Notes under the pieces: generated by a model
Told to the model about the DNA's origin: nothing
Database searches by the model: none
Seen by the model: only the letters and a program-made list of their open reading frames with translations
Source: Lama guanicoe
Taxonomy: Eukaryota
Assembly (NCBI GenBank): GCA_013239625.1
Contig: MU054032.1
Coordinates: 496,001-560,000, forward strand
Direction: 5' to 3'
Length of the DNA: 64,000 nucleotides
Shown: positions 1 through 15,055 of the stretch, piece after piece
Layout of the letters: each line of letters starts with the position of its first letter
Position numbering within the stretch: position 1 is the first letter of the stretch
Position numbers and translations under genes: made by a program

Positions 1-38
1 TGGAGGCTGAATAGTCGCAGGGGAAAAATGTCTGTTCA

Positions 39-299
<261 letters not shown>

Positions 300-477
300 C
301 TATCTTATGGATTAGAAAGGCCCTTGCTCATTGTTGATCCAAAAAGCAGAACCAAGAGCAATTGCTGGAAGTCACGGGGAAGTAGATGGGGGAACGGGAC
401 CCAGGGGTCATACATCAGGGGTGATTAGATAATCGCACCCATTTGGCCTCTACATACTCTATTAACCACCCAACTCA

Positions 478-693
<216 letters not shown>

Positions 694-741
694 CTAGGAA
701 CACAGGAGGCTCATAAAACTCATGTTACATATGTCCCCTTA

Positions 742-945
<204 letters not shown>

Positions 946-1070
946 TCAGAGCTCTTAGGACTGTATTCTGAGGCCATCACTCACCCTGCTGCCCTCTAGG
1001 CTCACCCCCACCCCGTGTGGACACAGGCTGAAGTGAGCAAGGATATGAAAGTGTATGTGAGTTTGAAGTG

Positions 1071-1207
1071 TTTTTTTTTCAATCTTCTTTTTCTGGGGGG
1101 AAGGTAATTAGGTTTACTTATTAATTTTTAGAGGAGGTACTTGGGATTGAACCCAGGACCCTGTGCATGCTAAGTAGGCACTCTACCACTTGGGCTATAT
1201 CTTCCCC
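1071..1207 (-). mobile_element. tRNA-derived SINE (camelid Vic-1-like) in ERBB3 intron 5
   Basis: Reverse complement has a tRNA-like head GGGGAAGATATAGCCCAAGTGGTAGAG...GGGTTCAATCCC (A/B boxes) and an A-rich tail; same motif recurs ~10 times in the window. Confidence 0.85.
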
Positions 1208-1224
1208 TGAGTTTGAAGTTTTTA

Positions 1225-1365
<141 letters not shown>

Positions 1366-1953
1366 TCATCAAGGATGATGTCAGCACACAGGCACCCAGT
1401 CCCGGGAAGGCAAGAGCCAGGGCAGAGGCCCTCCTTGCCTTCGCAGAGCAGGGCTGGGCTCAAGTGAACCTGTCAGCGCGGGGTGGAGCCACGCCTCCGC
1501 ACCACCCACAGGGCCGCTGAGGGGAGGGCCTGGGACACATGCCTCGCTCAGCCCAGTCCCAACCTGGTTATCTGGGTCCTCCTTGGCAAACTGCACCTAG
1601 CAGGAGTATGTGCGAGTGAGTGGACAGGGAGCAGCAGACTGTAGTCAGGGTAGGTAGGTTCCAAGAAGGGAGGATGTTGTAGTGGAAAGAGAAATGGATA
1701 TCTGGTCCAGAGATCTGGTTTCTCACTCAGAACACAGAAATCTTTAGCCCCTTTTCTTCACTCCCTGCTTCCGTGGTTCAGAGTCTAGGGGACTGGTCTG
1801 CTTCCTGGTGGCAGGCTTCTTGGGTCTGGAGCCTGAAGTTTGCTCAGTGGAGAGGTGGGTTCAGATCAGGACTAAGTGATGGGGGTGTGGGGCGGGAAGG
1901 AGGCACTCTGGTTGGGCGGGGGCAGGGGAGCAGTCTTGATCGTGGCCACTCAC

Positions 1954-2079
1954 AGCTCCTGCCATTGTCCTTCACCACTATCTCGGCATCTCGGTCCCGC
2001 ACGATGTCCCTCCAGTCAATTGTGTCCATATGGCAAAGTTTATCGTTCTTCTCAATGTAAACGCCCCCTGACAGAATCT
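1954..2079 (-). CDS. ERBB3: ERBB3 exon 4 ([42 protein letters not shown])
   Basis: 126 nt, canonical AG/GT, in frame. Confidence 0.98.
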
Positions 2080-2735
2080 CTGAGGTGGGGAAGAGAAGTG
2101 ACAGGGTCAGGGCTGGTCACGGAAGCCCTCCTCTTCCTGACCTCCCCACCGGTCCGAAAGGTCACCAGAGTCAGGAGCTGGGGACGTGGGGGGAGGGGCG
2201 GATATGTCCAATTAAATCCAAACTGCAGAGAAGGCTGGACCTGTAAGAAAGAGGAGGAGCCCGGCCAAAAGAAAGTCCTGCCTCCTCAGACACCTGTCCA
2301 GATCCGGTTTAGCCAGTGGGGGAGGGGAAGGGAAAGAAGGAGAGAAGATCCCTGACTCACCCCCCCCACCCCCACGAGTCCTACCTGAGTGCTTTTCAAC
2401 TGACTGGGACAGGGAAAAATAGACGGGAGCCAGGCGGTATTTCAGCCCCACAGTCCTCCAGCCCGGGGTGGGGGGGGCGTTTGCGAAGGGGGAGGAGGTG
2501 GGATCCCCATCCCCAGGGAAGGCTGGACATCAAGGTACACAGTACTCGGGTCAGAAGAATGAGTAACAGCCCCAGCCCCAGCCCCAGCTCCAGCCCCTCC
2601 CCAGGGGACAGATGCCCCAGTTCTGTGTTAGGGCCTTCTTTTATCTAAGGAGGAGTGGACCCTCAGACCACAGTGGTCAAGGTGCTGGGGACTTTGAGCA
2701 GAGCACTTAGAGGGAGCAGTCTTGGGTCACCATCA

Positions 2736-2984
<249 letters not shown>

Positions 2985-3417
2985 TCACAGCAGTGAGAGG
3001 GACAGTGGGGTGAAAAGTCTCAATCCCCTCTCCCTCCCTGAGGCACTGAGAATCCCTAACTCCTTGAATTCTTTCCAAGTCCTGCTTTGGAGGAGGGAGT
3101 AGATGGTACCACATAGACTTCTGCAAGTGAAGACAGGCAGCGGAAATGACTGAGGAATTCTGGGCTCCTGTCCTTTCCTTCTCAGAGCTCCTCATGCCAG
3201 GAGAGCTTCTCATGCTCCTCATGTCCGTGCTTACCCCTTCCTCACCTCCCCAGGCACCTCTCCGTCGGCAGGTGCCTCTCCACGTGGGTCCCTGGTGCAG
3301 AACACCTCCCTGTCCCCGCCCCCTTCTCGTGGCCAGCGCCTGTTTCCCCGGCCATAGTGACCAGACCACAGGTCCCAGATTCCAATCATTGCCCCAGAAA
3401 CACAGGTTTGGATCCTA

Positions 3418-3735
<318 letters not shown>

Positions 3736-4152
3736 TCAGCCCCACCCCCCAAGACCGTCCCTTTGGTTGCCCTCTTCCAGGAACATTCAATAGGCCCAGA
3801 AGGCAGCTGCCTCCAGCCCTCACCCCTAGAGGCAGACATGAAGGCCTATGTGGGACTGAGAGCCTAAACTTCCTCTTTTCCCAGAATCCCCTCACCATCC
3901 CCCCGAAAAGGAAGGTGAAAAGGTTTCCTTTATCCACCTGGGCCTCCTCTATGCCTCTTTGGGGCGCTTCTTTGGGTACTAAGGAGTTAACCGAGGAGGA
4001 TGTGGGGCTGTTTTCCCCTCCCTGGAAAGAAGTTAGAAAAGGGCCACAATTTGGTTACCCTCCTCTTCCCCTCCCCCTCGAACCCGGGCACTTACGTCTC
4101 TACCCCCATCCTGCCTCTCTAGGTCCTGGAATAAATATCTCTTTGGGGCAGC

Positions 4153-4402
4153 ACACAGCCCCTATTGTGTCTACCGAGGGTGGGATGGGGGCAGAGGGTG
4201 GGGGCAGTGCCCGGGGCCACAGTCCGGCCCACAATGAGGCGATTCTATCTAGGAGGAGGGGGCTGCCCCACCCTGTCCCCAGACACCCTGTCCTCAACAG
4301 CAGCCCCCCTCCACCCTCAAGCCTTGGGCTCAGACAAGTGACCTCACTAGAGGAGGGGCGCTCTGGTGGTGGCGGGGGTGGGGGGGTCAATGTGAGCTTT
4401 GT
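4153..4402. promoter_or_regulatory. Candidate SoxE (SOX10) dimer-site cluster in ERBB3 intron 1
   Basis: ACACAG-N4-TATTGT (4153-4168), ACAATG-N4-GATTCT (4231-4246), TCAATG-N4-CTTTGT (4387-4402). Confidence 0.55.
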
Positions 4403-6899
4403 CTATAAAGCTGGAAGATAAGGAGCTGGTTGCCTACCCTGCACCCCCTTCCTAAACTCTGGCTTCCCTTCTCACTCCCTTCCCCATCCCAACACATTCA
4501 AGTTCCCTCAGCATCACTTTCCAGCCCTAGAGTATTTTTCAGCAAACACAGAGAAGCTGGATGGAAACAGCAGTTGACTGCCTCCATTCTAAACCGTCTA
4601 GCCCGTTTCATTGTCAGAGGAGATTCATTAAAAAGCCTTCCAACATGGCAGTCCTCACTCCCCTCAGGGAGAGCCTAGACTCAGGGAGCAGGAGGCCTGT
4701 CAGTCTCGGGGGCTTCCTTTACCTGGTAAGCGTGGAGGACACAGGGGCTATGGGAAATCTTGGACCCTGAAGGCTTATCCCTGTCTCCTTCCTCAGGCCC
4801 AGTGAGAGACCGCGGGGAGGGGCGGCAGATACCACCTGTTGCAACCACCCTTCCCTGAGGCGGCGGCAGCCTAGTGGGAGACAGGAGTGGGAATGGAGGG
4901 AGGGAGACTGGTGAGGCCCCACCCCTCCTCCTAGTGCACCCCTAGTCTGACCACTTGACCTTTGAAGGGCTCCCATTCCTTATCACTCCCCATGAACAGA
5001 AAGGGGTGAGCTGGACCCAGCAGAAGGGCAAGCATGCCAGGAGCTCCCAGAGAAGCCTGGGACCTCCAGGGTCCTTGGGCTGAAAAGAAAACGACTAGGA
5101 AGTTTAATCATTTCTAGAGTAGCCTCACCCCACCCCCCTTCCTGGCAGGATACCCCTTCTTCCAAGTCAAGGCAGCAACCCTTCTCCCCAGATAAGGGAG
5201 GAGTCAGTATTTCTGCACAGGGAAGCGGGGTGTGTACTTGTACACACACACGCACGCACGCACGCACACGCACACAAACATGTACACAGCTCCTCTACTG
5301 GCCCAGAAGTCTAAACTGGTTCTGTCCTTAAGTTTCCTCATTAGGAAGTATTTCAGGTGACCCCATCCGTCCCACCTGCCCATATGTGTTTGTGCAGACA
5401 GTGTCCGTGCCTGGGAGGCTACAGTGTTGGAGGGCCCAGTCCCTGGCCACCCTGAGGGTAAAGTCCATATTACACAAACAGGGAGCAAAGGGCTGGGCGG
5501 GAAAAGAGCACTAACAACACCTCTCAAGAGGAACCAGGCAGCTTGGGGGAGGGGTGGGGGAGGGGAATCATAAAGTTCCTGCTGGACCAGGGACCAGGGG
5601 CATAGGGAGGGCCAGTATCACAGGCCCTCCTTTGGTAGAGAGCACTGGGGTGGGTCAGAGCAAGAATCTCCAGCCCCTCCTCAACCAGAGGCCTCCTCTC
5701 CAAAGTCCCCCACCCCCATCACAGCCAGGACAAAGGGGCTATAGAAGGACTGAGACAGGGCCGGATGCCCAGAGGCTGCAGGATCCAGATAAAGGGTAAA
5801 GAGACCCAACCAAGCCTGCCTCCTGTCTCCCTCAGGGAAGGTGGCCAGGATCTGGGACTCCTGGGTTCCCAGTTGAAGATTCCAGGAGTCTGGATGGGAC
5901 AGTGACAGTCACTCTACTCAGTCCCCTCCATTCCCCAGATACCCGCCCTCCACCAGCTGGGAGTGTTCACATCTCAAGATCCCAGGGTCTAAATTTAGGC
6001 CCAGCAACTGTGAGGGAAGCACAGGTGTTTCTCCCACTCCCACCCTGGGGAAGGGGCCCTGGCTGTACCAGACCTCGAGCTGAGATCTGGGGGGAGGGGA
6101 GGAGATCAACAGGATTCCTCCAATGCCAGCAACACCAGCACCCCTCAGGTGTCCATGGTCCCAGAGGCACCCCAAAGTGGTGGGTAGGCTCAGCTGGCAT
6201 GAGAGTGGGAAGAAGAATAGAGAGCAATCTGACTCTTGTCTAAACTCCTAGAGACAGCCAGATAGTAAACAGAATGGGGGTGTGGGAAAAGCAGGTCTAA
6301 GACAGGCTCCCCGGGACAGGGCTCAGAAGATGGGAGAGGTGCCCTGCTGGCGCTCAGGTTGGGGAGAGAAAAGACAAAGTGAGAAATACCGTTGGAAGTC
6401 TTTGGTCCTACAGCTCCTGGCCTTGTATATAGTAGATGCTCAATAAATATTTGAATTGATCTGTCTCTTGACAAAAAGAGGTCACGTCGAGGACCAGCCA
6501 ACTTTATTGTTTTGAGGGAAAGCGGGCAGTCAGCCTCTGCGTTGCCCCTCACCCTGCGGTCACCTGGACTTGGCCCTCCCAGGGCAGGCCCATTCACGGA
6601 AGAGGAGGTGCCGCTGTTGTTTTTCAACACTAGAGAACAACAACCTCCCACCCCCCCTTCCACAGCTCCGCCCTGTCGGCAAAACAACGAAACTGGAGGT
6701 GGCTGAGACCCGGGGGGCAGGAGGTGGGGGAGCAAACCGAGACTCCCCCAACTCCGCTTCCTCCAAGATCTCCACCTCCAATCATCCCCTCACATTTACA
6801 GAATGGAGGTCCCAGCTCCCCTCCCTGCAGGGCCCCTCATAAGTGTGAACTGTTTAAGCATCAGCCCTATCCAAAGAGACAAATCAGAGCGGGGTAGGC

Positions 6900-8450
6900 T
6901 GCTGGGGTGGGGAGGTGGTGGTCCAGGAATCCCGTCCCTGCCCGAGAACCCGAGCCTGATGGCCCCCACCCGGGGGGTCGCAGCGGGCTTGGGCTCAGCA
7001 CCCCCAGGCTCACACCGCCCAAGCTCCTGCCCCTGCCCTCCCGGACCCCGCGCACTCGGTTCGGGATCCCGGGTTCCGAGCCTGCCTGTGCTCCCGCGCC
7101 GCTTACCTGCCTGCGAGTTGCCCACCTCGGAGCCCCGGGCCAGACTGAGGAGGAAGCCCAACACCTGCAGAGCCGCGTTCACCCTCATGACTCCAGCCGA
7201 GGGTGAGGGGAGCCCAGCCCAATCCGGCCGGAGGGGCCCCGGAACTAGGACATCGAAGCGGAGCCACCTGAGCCACCAGCGACTTGGTAGCGGCGGCAGA
7301 AGAGGTTGCAAACTGCAACCGGAGCCGGAGCCGGAGTCCTGGGCGGGATGGCAGGGGAGGGGTGTAGTCTGGGAGGGAGCGCAGGGGGAGGGGGTGAGTC
7401 ACGGCCGCGCCCCCTCGGGCGCGAGGCTGGAGTCGGGATTGCTGGAGCCTGGGCGGCCCGCCCCGAGCGCGCCCCACGCCCGAGTGCCCTGCAACTTGGC
7501 TACGCAGAGCCCGCACGGGTCTCACCCTAATTTTCCTCCAGGAGTTGGACTAAGCGGAGGCCAAGATCCCAAACGCCCCCAAAATGCCTCCAAGGAGAAA
7601 GGTAATGGGGGTGGGGAGAACGCTCCATAGCCCGACCCCCTGAAGTTGGCCTCGCCCACTAACCAAATCACTCAACTCCCCTAGCCGGTTGGGTCACTTG
7701 AGGGATTTTCTGTCTGAATGTGAATGTTTCTCTGTGTGTTTTTGAAGGGGAGGGTGTTTTTGCCGCCTGCTTAGGGCACCTCAGTTTCCCCGGAACCTCC
7801 TCGAAACCCATAACTCATCCACGCTGCCGAGGAACCCGAGCCCCGGAGGCCGCGTGAAATTGCACTGTCTCCGGCCGCTTCCTCCTCCAGGCCCGGCGCC
7901 GGCCCGGCCTCTCCCGGGGATTTGGTTGGGGGGCGGGGGTGGTTTCCAGCCTGGGAACAGACCCCGAAGCCCGCCTTTTCACTTCCACCCCGGGAGGGGC
8001 TCCCGCACCTGTCGCCGTCCCCTCTGCTGCCCCCCACGGCCGCCTGGGAGAACAGCTGCCTCCCCTTGCCCACTGGACTCTGACCGCGCCGTCGGGGCGG
8101 CCGCCGTTGCCGCCGCTCTACTGAGGACCCAGATGGGCACACCGTTCCCACCGCAAGCGCTCACACTTTCCCAGGCCTTCCGCGCCGGGCTCTCGCCGGA
8201 GAAAAGGAGGAGGGGGCGGTGAAGGGGGACGCGGAGAGGGCACTGGAGACTGCGTCTCCGAAGGACATGGACTCCGGGCACCTCCAGCACGAGAACCCGG
8301 ATCCTGGCCAGAGGCGGTCGGGCTCACCGCGAGTGGCGGCCCCTAAACCCTGCCAGGCTCTGAATAGCTCCTTCGGGCACCCCCTGGTGCCCAGCGGATG
8401 GCAGTGAGGCCCCACACGGCGTTGCATTCCGGATCCTGCCCAGAGAGCCT
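6900..8450. promoter_or_regulatory. ERBB3: ERBB3 CpG island / promoter and 5'UTR
   Basis: Very GC- and CpG-rich stretch spanning exon 1 and upstream, with GC boxes (e.g. GGGGCGG near 8094 and 8213); boundaries approximate. Confidence 0.85.
7107..7188 (-). CDS. ERBB3: ERBB3 coding exon 1 (signal peptide, MRVNAALQVLGFLLSLARGSEVGNSQA)
   Basis: ATG at 7188-7186; 82 nt ending in GCAG|GTAAGC donor; peptide resembles the human ERBB3 signal peptide. Confidence 0.97.
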
Positions 8451-11400
8451 AATAATTTCCCTCAGAGTTTCAAGCCTGAAGACGTCAAGAACAGTTGAGC
8501 CTTGATGAAGAAAAATTTCGCCTCTCACTCTGAGCCAAGATTACTAAAATTCTTTAAACTTGCTCTGTCTTAATATGCACCCTGGAGAGCCCATTCTCGG
8601 TTAGAGGCTACCTTTGCCCTTGGGGCGTTGACTTTGCCCTGACCACTTACGTAACAGTCATAATAGTAATAGCGACATTAACATATGCATACATATACTT
8701 ACATCGTTTGCAAGCATTTCCTCAAACTTAGAGAATGTTTCACTTAACATAAAGATTATGTGAGCTAGGCGACATCACTCTCCATTTTAGAGAACTGGAA
8801 ATGTGTGACTACTCCAAGGTCATCCACCTGGTGACCCTGGAGAGATGATCAGGTGATCAGGAGGAGGATTTCTTCTGTCACTCTGAGACTAGAGCTTCAT
8901 CTGCTCAGAATCAAACTCCCACCAGATAACAACTAATACCACTTAAGGGGCCTTTCATTTTATTACTCATCCACCTCAACCTAGTGTTTAAGGCTCTGGT
9001 TCTGAAGGAGGAAACCCCCTTAGTTTCCTTGTTTGTCAAACAATCATATTTACTTAAAGGTTATTGTTTGTATTTAATGAGAAAAAGTAGGTAGAGCTCT
9101 TCGTTACTAGCTAGCAGTATTTCTTCCTGCTATTACCAACCCCAACCCTTCCCTCCCCAACAAGATCCCCAGGTGTGCTTACTGGCTTCCCTTCTTCAGT
9201 ACATTATGCTAAACATCAGGGATATAAACACTGGATAAAGCTGACAAGTCTTTGTTCATCTCTTACTTCTTTCTTACTTCTTTCATCTCTGTTGGGTGCT
9301 GCCCTGACTCTATAAATGAAGGAAGGGAGGATTTATTTAGGAAAGCTTGTTGCAGTTATCCAGCATCCCTTTATCTTTCCTTACTCTTAGTTGATGACTT
9401 TGGTTCTTATTTTACTGTGAAAATAAAAGTAACCAAAAGAAAATATCCTTATCTTTCTACCACCAATCTGGTTAATTTACCTCCATCGTTGCTTATACAC
9501 TCTGACTGCCATCATGTTACAATGAATTGTTTGCTGCTATTTAAACCAACTGTCACTCTCCCATTCCCATCCGGCACCTCCACCCTCACCCTACCCTCCA
9601 GTTCTACACCTCAGTCATCTCTCCTTGCCTTTTTCCTCTCTTATCCCCTTTCTCTTATATTATCAACTGTTCTGTCTACTAGATCATTCCTATTAGCATA
9701 CAAGTGTGCTGTAATATCTGCCACCTTAAAAAATAAATAAAACAAACTTTCTTTGACTCCCATGGCCTTCTAGTTCTTTGCTCCTAACTACTGCAAGATA
9801 CTCTCTTATACTGGTCCCTATGCTTTATTTGTTCACTACTCTAATGATTGCCTCCAGCTTCCTGCTACCACAAGCGATGCTGAAATAAATATCCTTGTAC
9901 GTGTATGTCTCCTTTGGTCCTGTGATAATTTCTTGTGCATATTGAGCTCCACACTCTCTGGAATGTCACACCACTAATGGTGTGATTTCTATATCCCAAT
10001 CTTCTCGCCAATACTTGACATTATTCAACTTTACAATTTTTCAATTTGCCATGAATTTAAAATATCTCATTGCATTTCTGTAATTATTCATATGTTTGAA
10101 CATCTCAATTTTTTTCTTACTTTTGGTTTTTCTCTTTTATGAATTGCATATTCATTTTCCTTTGCCAATTTTTCTATTGAGATTCCAGTTTTTTAAAATT
10201 GATTTTTGGCTGTTTATTATATATATTTCAGATATTAGTCCTTCATTGATTTTAGACACTGCAAATATCTCTTCCCAACTTTCATCAGTAACTCTGTCAA
10301 TCATATTGTTTATTGAACAGAGATCCTTAATTTTGGCATAATTTAATTAGTCAGTTTTACTTCATATGATTCATGATCTTGATACATTTAAAGACTTCCT
10401 TCCACACCCTGCAACACATTTATTGAGGTATAATTGAGATGTAATTGATATACAATAAACTGTACATATTTCAAGTCTACAGTGTGATGAGTTTTGACAT
10501 ACATACATAACCATAACCACAGTCAACGTAATGAACATATCCATCACCCAGGAATATGTCCTCGTGCCCTTTGGTAATCCTTCCCCATAATCTCCCCCTG
10601 CCGCTGCCCCACCCCAGCAAGTGTATATCCAATTATTCAAGCACCATTTGTTCCTAGTAGTAGATTTTTAATACTAAAAAATGCTAGTACTACATAGTAA
10701 AAATTGGCACTTTTTAAAGTTATTTTGAGGGGAGAAAACTTCAGGGGAGGTATTTTACATATAGAATCCTTTGAACTGGACCATGTCAAATACTTAAAAG
10801 AGGTAAAAAGTATATGCCAGGTAAGTTTCATGTAACATAAAGCCCCTGCAAGAATACAAGAATTAATGCAGAAATGAACAAAGCTCCACATATGCATTAG
10901 AACTAGCAAGAACATTAAAAAGATATCTGAGTACAACATGAATATTACCCAATCAATACTAGTTAGATTGATCCTAAAACTGAATAATGAAAATTCACGA
11001 AACAAATGTTATTGGTCCATCTCACTAATGTGTGTATATCAAACAGCCTAAGTAAAATACTAGTTAACTTAATCAGTGTATTAAAAAATAATCATCTGCA
11101 CTTTCTTTCCTGAAGTTTCTGAAAAACTTGCATAAAGTGGTAAGAAACTATCCTCCAAAGTCAGTAGAACATATCTGTAAAATCATCAGGTCGAAACTTT
11201 TGGTAGGAAAGTCTTTGATTAACATTTTAATTTCTTTAGTGCTTATTGGTATTTTCAAGTTTTCAATTTCTCTTTGACCCATTTTGTTGTTTATATTTTC
11301 CCAGAAAGTTATCCATTTCACCTAGGTTTATAAATTCACTGGTGTATGATTATTAATAATGTTATTATTTTTTAAAAGTCTCTGTCCTGGGAGCTTCCGA

Positions 11401-11651
11401 GTTGGTGATCACATGGAGATGTGGGGGGAAAGGCACCTGAAGGGCACCGAAGCTCCTTGCCCCTTCCCACATCCTTTGCCCTACACGTCTTGTCCATCAG
11501 GCTGTTCTTGCATTATATCCTTTTATAATAAACTAGTAATCTAGTAAGTAAAATATTTTAAAAATATTGTACCTGTGTATTCTGTCTGCAGTGTTTGTGT
11601 CCCATTTCCCTCCTGTATTTTGCTTATTTGCATTTTCTTTTTTTTTTGTCT

Positions 11652-12094
11652 TTTTTTTTTACATTTTTTTATTGATTTATAATCATTTTACAATGTTGTG
11701 TCAAATTCCAGTGTTCAGCACAATTTTTCAGTCATACATGGACATATACACACTCATCGTCACCTTTTTTTCTCTGTGAGCTACCATAACGTTTTGTGTA
11801 TATTTCCCTGTGCTATACAGTATAATCTTGTTTATCTATTCTACAATTTTGAAATCCCAGTCTATCCCTTCCCACCCTCCGCCCCCCTGGCAACCACAAG
11901 TCTGTATTCTCTGTTTCTGAGTCTATTTCTGTCCTGTATTTACGCTTTGTTTTTGTTTGTTTGTTTGTTTGTTTTTTAGATTCCACATATGAGCGATCTC
12001 ATATGGTATTTTTCTTTCTCTTTCTGGCTTACTTCACTTAGAATGACATTCTCCAGGAGCATCCATGTTGCTGCAAATGGCGTTATGTTGTCGG
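11652..12094 (-). mobile_element. Young 5'-truncated L1 3' fragment (lineage-specific)
   Basis: Poly-T at left followed by L1 3'UTR and ORF2 C-terminal sequence; flanked by similar ttctttt..tgtctt repeats. Confidence 0.75.
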
Positions 12095-12282
12095 TTCTTT
12101 TTGTCTTCTTTATCTTTCTAGCTAGAGTTCTCTTTTTGTTTGCCCTCTGGTTCATTGATTATATTATTCCCTTTATTCATATTTCTTCTCCATGCATCTC
12201 ATAGATTTAGCTTCTTAATGATATCCTTCAGATCTTCCATATTGCAGCTTATTGTTTGAGAGGGTATATCAAAATCCTCAGT

Positions 12283-12739
12283 TCTTTTTTTTTAATTGAA
12301 GTATAGTTGACTTACAATATTGTGTTAGTTTCTGATGTACAGCAAAGTGATTCAGTTATACACATATATACATATTCTTTTTCATATTCTTTTCCATTAT
12401 GGTTTATTACAGGATATTGAGTATAGTTCCCTGGACTGTAAAGTAAGACCTTGTTTATCTATTTTATATATAGTAGCTTATATCTGCTAATCCCAAACTC
12501 CTAAATTATCCCTACTCCCCTTTCCCTTTTGGTAACCGTAAGTTTGTTTTCTATGTCTGTGAGTCTGTTTTTGTTTTGGAAATAAGTTCATTTGTGTCAT
12601 ATTTTTGATTCCTCGTATAAGTGATATCATGTGGCATTTGTTTTTCTAACTTACTTCACTTAGTACGATAATCTCTAGGTCTATCCATGTTGCTGCAAAT
12701 AGCATTATTTCATTCTTTTTTTATGGTTGAGTAGTATTC

Positions 12740-12785
<46 letters not shown>

Positions 12786-12846
12786 AACTTCTTTATCCAT
12801 TCATTTGCTGATGGACATTTAGGTTGCTTCCATGTCTCGGCTACTG
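12283..12846 (-). mobile_element. L1 3' end fragment containing (TG)n at ~12743-12784
   Basis: ttttaattgaagtatagttgacttacaatattgtg L1 terminus; ORF2 remnant [16 protein letters not shown]. Confidence 0.8.
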
Positions 12847-13686
12847 AAAAGAGTACAACAGATTTTCTCTCTAAAATCTCCAGTTCTAATAGTTGATTCA
12901 TTCTTGAGTTGAATGTTTTGTTCATTAGTTTCTAACCTTTTTTGGTTTCCTTCAAATGTACTTAACATTCAACGTCTCTAATTAAAACTTTATTTATAGC
13001 CTAGAAAATTTGAGAAACTTTAAAGTATTTCATAATTTCTCATCTTTCTTAACCCCAGGTTTACTAATAATAGTATGTTTTTAGTTTCCAGACATTTGAG
13101 GACTTTAAAAAGTTATCCTTTGATTAGTAATTTCTCATGTTATTGTGTTAGTCACAGAACAAAGACTGTGTATTGTTGATTCTTTAACATGGAATATTAG
13201 GTTTCCTTTGTAACTTAGTAGGTAGTCATGTTTTGTAAATGTTTCACAAGTGCTAGAAAAAGTATATGATCTGTTTGTTAGGGGTAGAATTCTCCATGTC
13301 TAATATATTGCACTTGTTAATTGCATTATTCAGATCTAGATCTCTCCTTATTGTCTGTCTGCTTGATCCATCTGTTTCTAAGAGAGCTATGTAAATATTT
13401 CCAGTTCCAATAGTTGATTTGTTTTTCTCTCCTGAATGTGTCAGTTGGTGTTTGATAACTGTAAAATGAGGAGAATAATAGTCTTTTCTTATAGGATTAT
13501 AATGAAGAGTAAGAATTAATCCATGTAAAGCCTACAGAGTATGCCTGGCAGACAGAAGGTACTCAGTAAAGTTAAGTATTAAAATTTATATAGTTTGAGC
13601 CTTCATTGCCAAACACACTTATGATGGTTATATTTTCTTGTTCTCCTGTTTGTTAGGTAACTCTCTCCTTTGCCCCATAATTTTTT

Positions 13687-13820
13687 TGGTGGGGGTGGAG
13701 TGGGTAATTAAGTTTGTTTATTTAAAAAAAGTTTTTTAATGGAGGCACTGGGGATTGAACCCAGGACCTCGTGCATGCTAAGTACATGCTCTACCACTGA
13801 TATATACCCTCCCCGCCCAC
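13687..13820 (-). mobile_element. Vic-1-like SINE with 16-bp TSD
   Basis: tgccccataatttttt at 13671-13686 and 13821-13836 flanks a tRNA-like head. Confidence 0.88.
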
Positions 13821-13914
13821 TGCCCCATAATTTTTTGCCTTAATTTTTATCACATTAAAATCCCAATTTGCTTTTGGTTTATCTTTGCCTGGTAAAACTT
13901 TTTCCCTTGATCAC

Positions 13915-14590
13915 ATATTGAGTTCCCAGGGAAGCCAACTCTGAAGTGTAGGTTAGAGTTCAGGCAGTTTATTAGTGCGTGCTGTTGGTATCAGTACTTA
14001 CAGGAAAGGAAGGAAACGAGACTGGAAGAAGTTGAGCAGTCACAATGCTTCAACTAATTCTGAAGGGAAATCTGGAAAAAGGTTAATCTCTCACTCTCTG
14101 GAGAGCAAGTGTCTTACCCAAGGCATCTGACATACCTGCCACTTCCTGCTCAACCGGTCCAATTTGCATGATGTTATCAACCAGCTGCTCACTGTAGTGG
14201 TGTTCTGGGAGCTGTGCAGCTGGTCAGGTCTCCTTAGACTATTTTCTGACAGAGGGCAGGAGATGCAACATAGCCTTGGGGCAAGAATGTAAATGTGTAT
14301 CATCGCCTATTCCAAATGTTCTCCTATCTGATAGGGCTGGGAAGGAATGTGTTTGCCCGACCACGGGCTGCATACGGCATACTGCATACGGCAAGACCCT
14401 GTTACTCTGCCCTAGCAATGATACCACATACGGCAAAGCAGCTGCTACTAGGGCTAGTAGTTGGTTGGGTTTGCAGTCGTTCACTGTAATCCTCCAGGGT
14501 CTGTTTGTCTTTTGCAGGGACCAGACTGGTGAATTAATTGAAGATACAATGGAGACTATGACATTTGCTTCCTTTAGCTCTTTGTTGTCC
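13915..14590 (-). mobile_element. ERVL-class remnant: LTR-like segment plus pol (RT N-terminal) fragment
   Basis: ORF 14239-14649 contains LKEANVIVSIVSSINSPVWSLQKTNRPWRITVNDCKPNQ...AAALPYVVSLL, matching the ERVL RT motif ([28 protein letters not shown]...AAAVPDVVSLL). Confidence 0.75.
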
Positions 14591-15055
14591 AATATGGTAG
14601 CCACTAGCCGTTTAAGTATTGATTTCAAGAAATTAGAAAAAGAGAACAAATTAAATCCAAAGAAAGTAGAAGAAAGTAAGTAATAAAGGCAAGAGCTGAA
14701 ACTAATGAAATATAAAATAAACTTACAATGTTGAAGATCAACAAAGCTAAGTTTGTTCTAAAAACAGGAATAAAAAAGGAGACTTCCTACGGATGCTACA
14801 GTTAGGAAGAGGATATCATGAATAACTTTATTAAAATAAATTTTAAAATTTGGTTGAAATAGAAACATTTTTAGGAAAACAAAACTGTATTTGATAAAAT
14901 TCAACACCCATTATGATTTTTTTAAAATGTATTAAACTAGGAATAGATAGGAACTTTTAAAAATTTGATAGAGGATATCTGTCAAAAACCTATAGAAAAT
15001 ATCATACCTAGTGGTAAAATATTGAAAGTTTTCCCCTGTTACAGAAAATGGACTA

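Noticed and set aside
6803..8427. Many overlapping ORFs (up to 275 aa) around ERBB3 exon 1
   Set aside because: Expected from stop-codon scarcity in a CpG island; Pro/Gly/Arg-rich, no family similarity
13740..13815. tRNA gene-like sequences (A/B boxes)
   Set aside because: These are SINE heads with A-rich tails and TSDs, not intact tRNA genes
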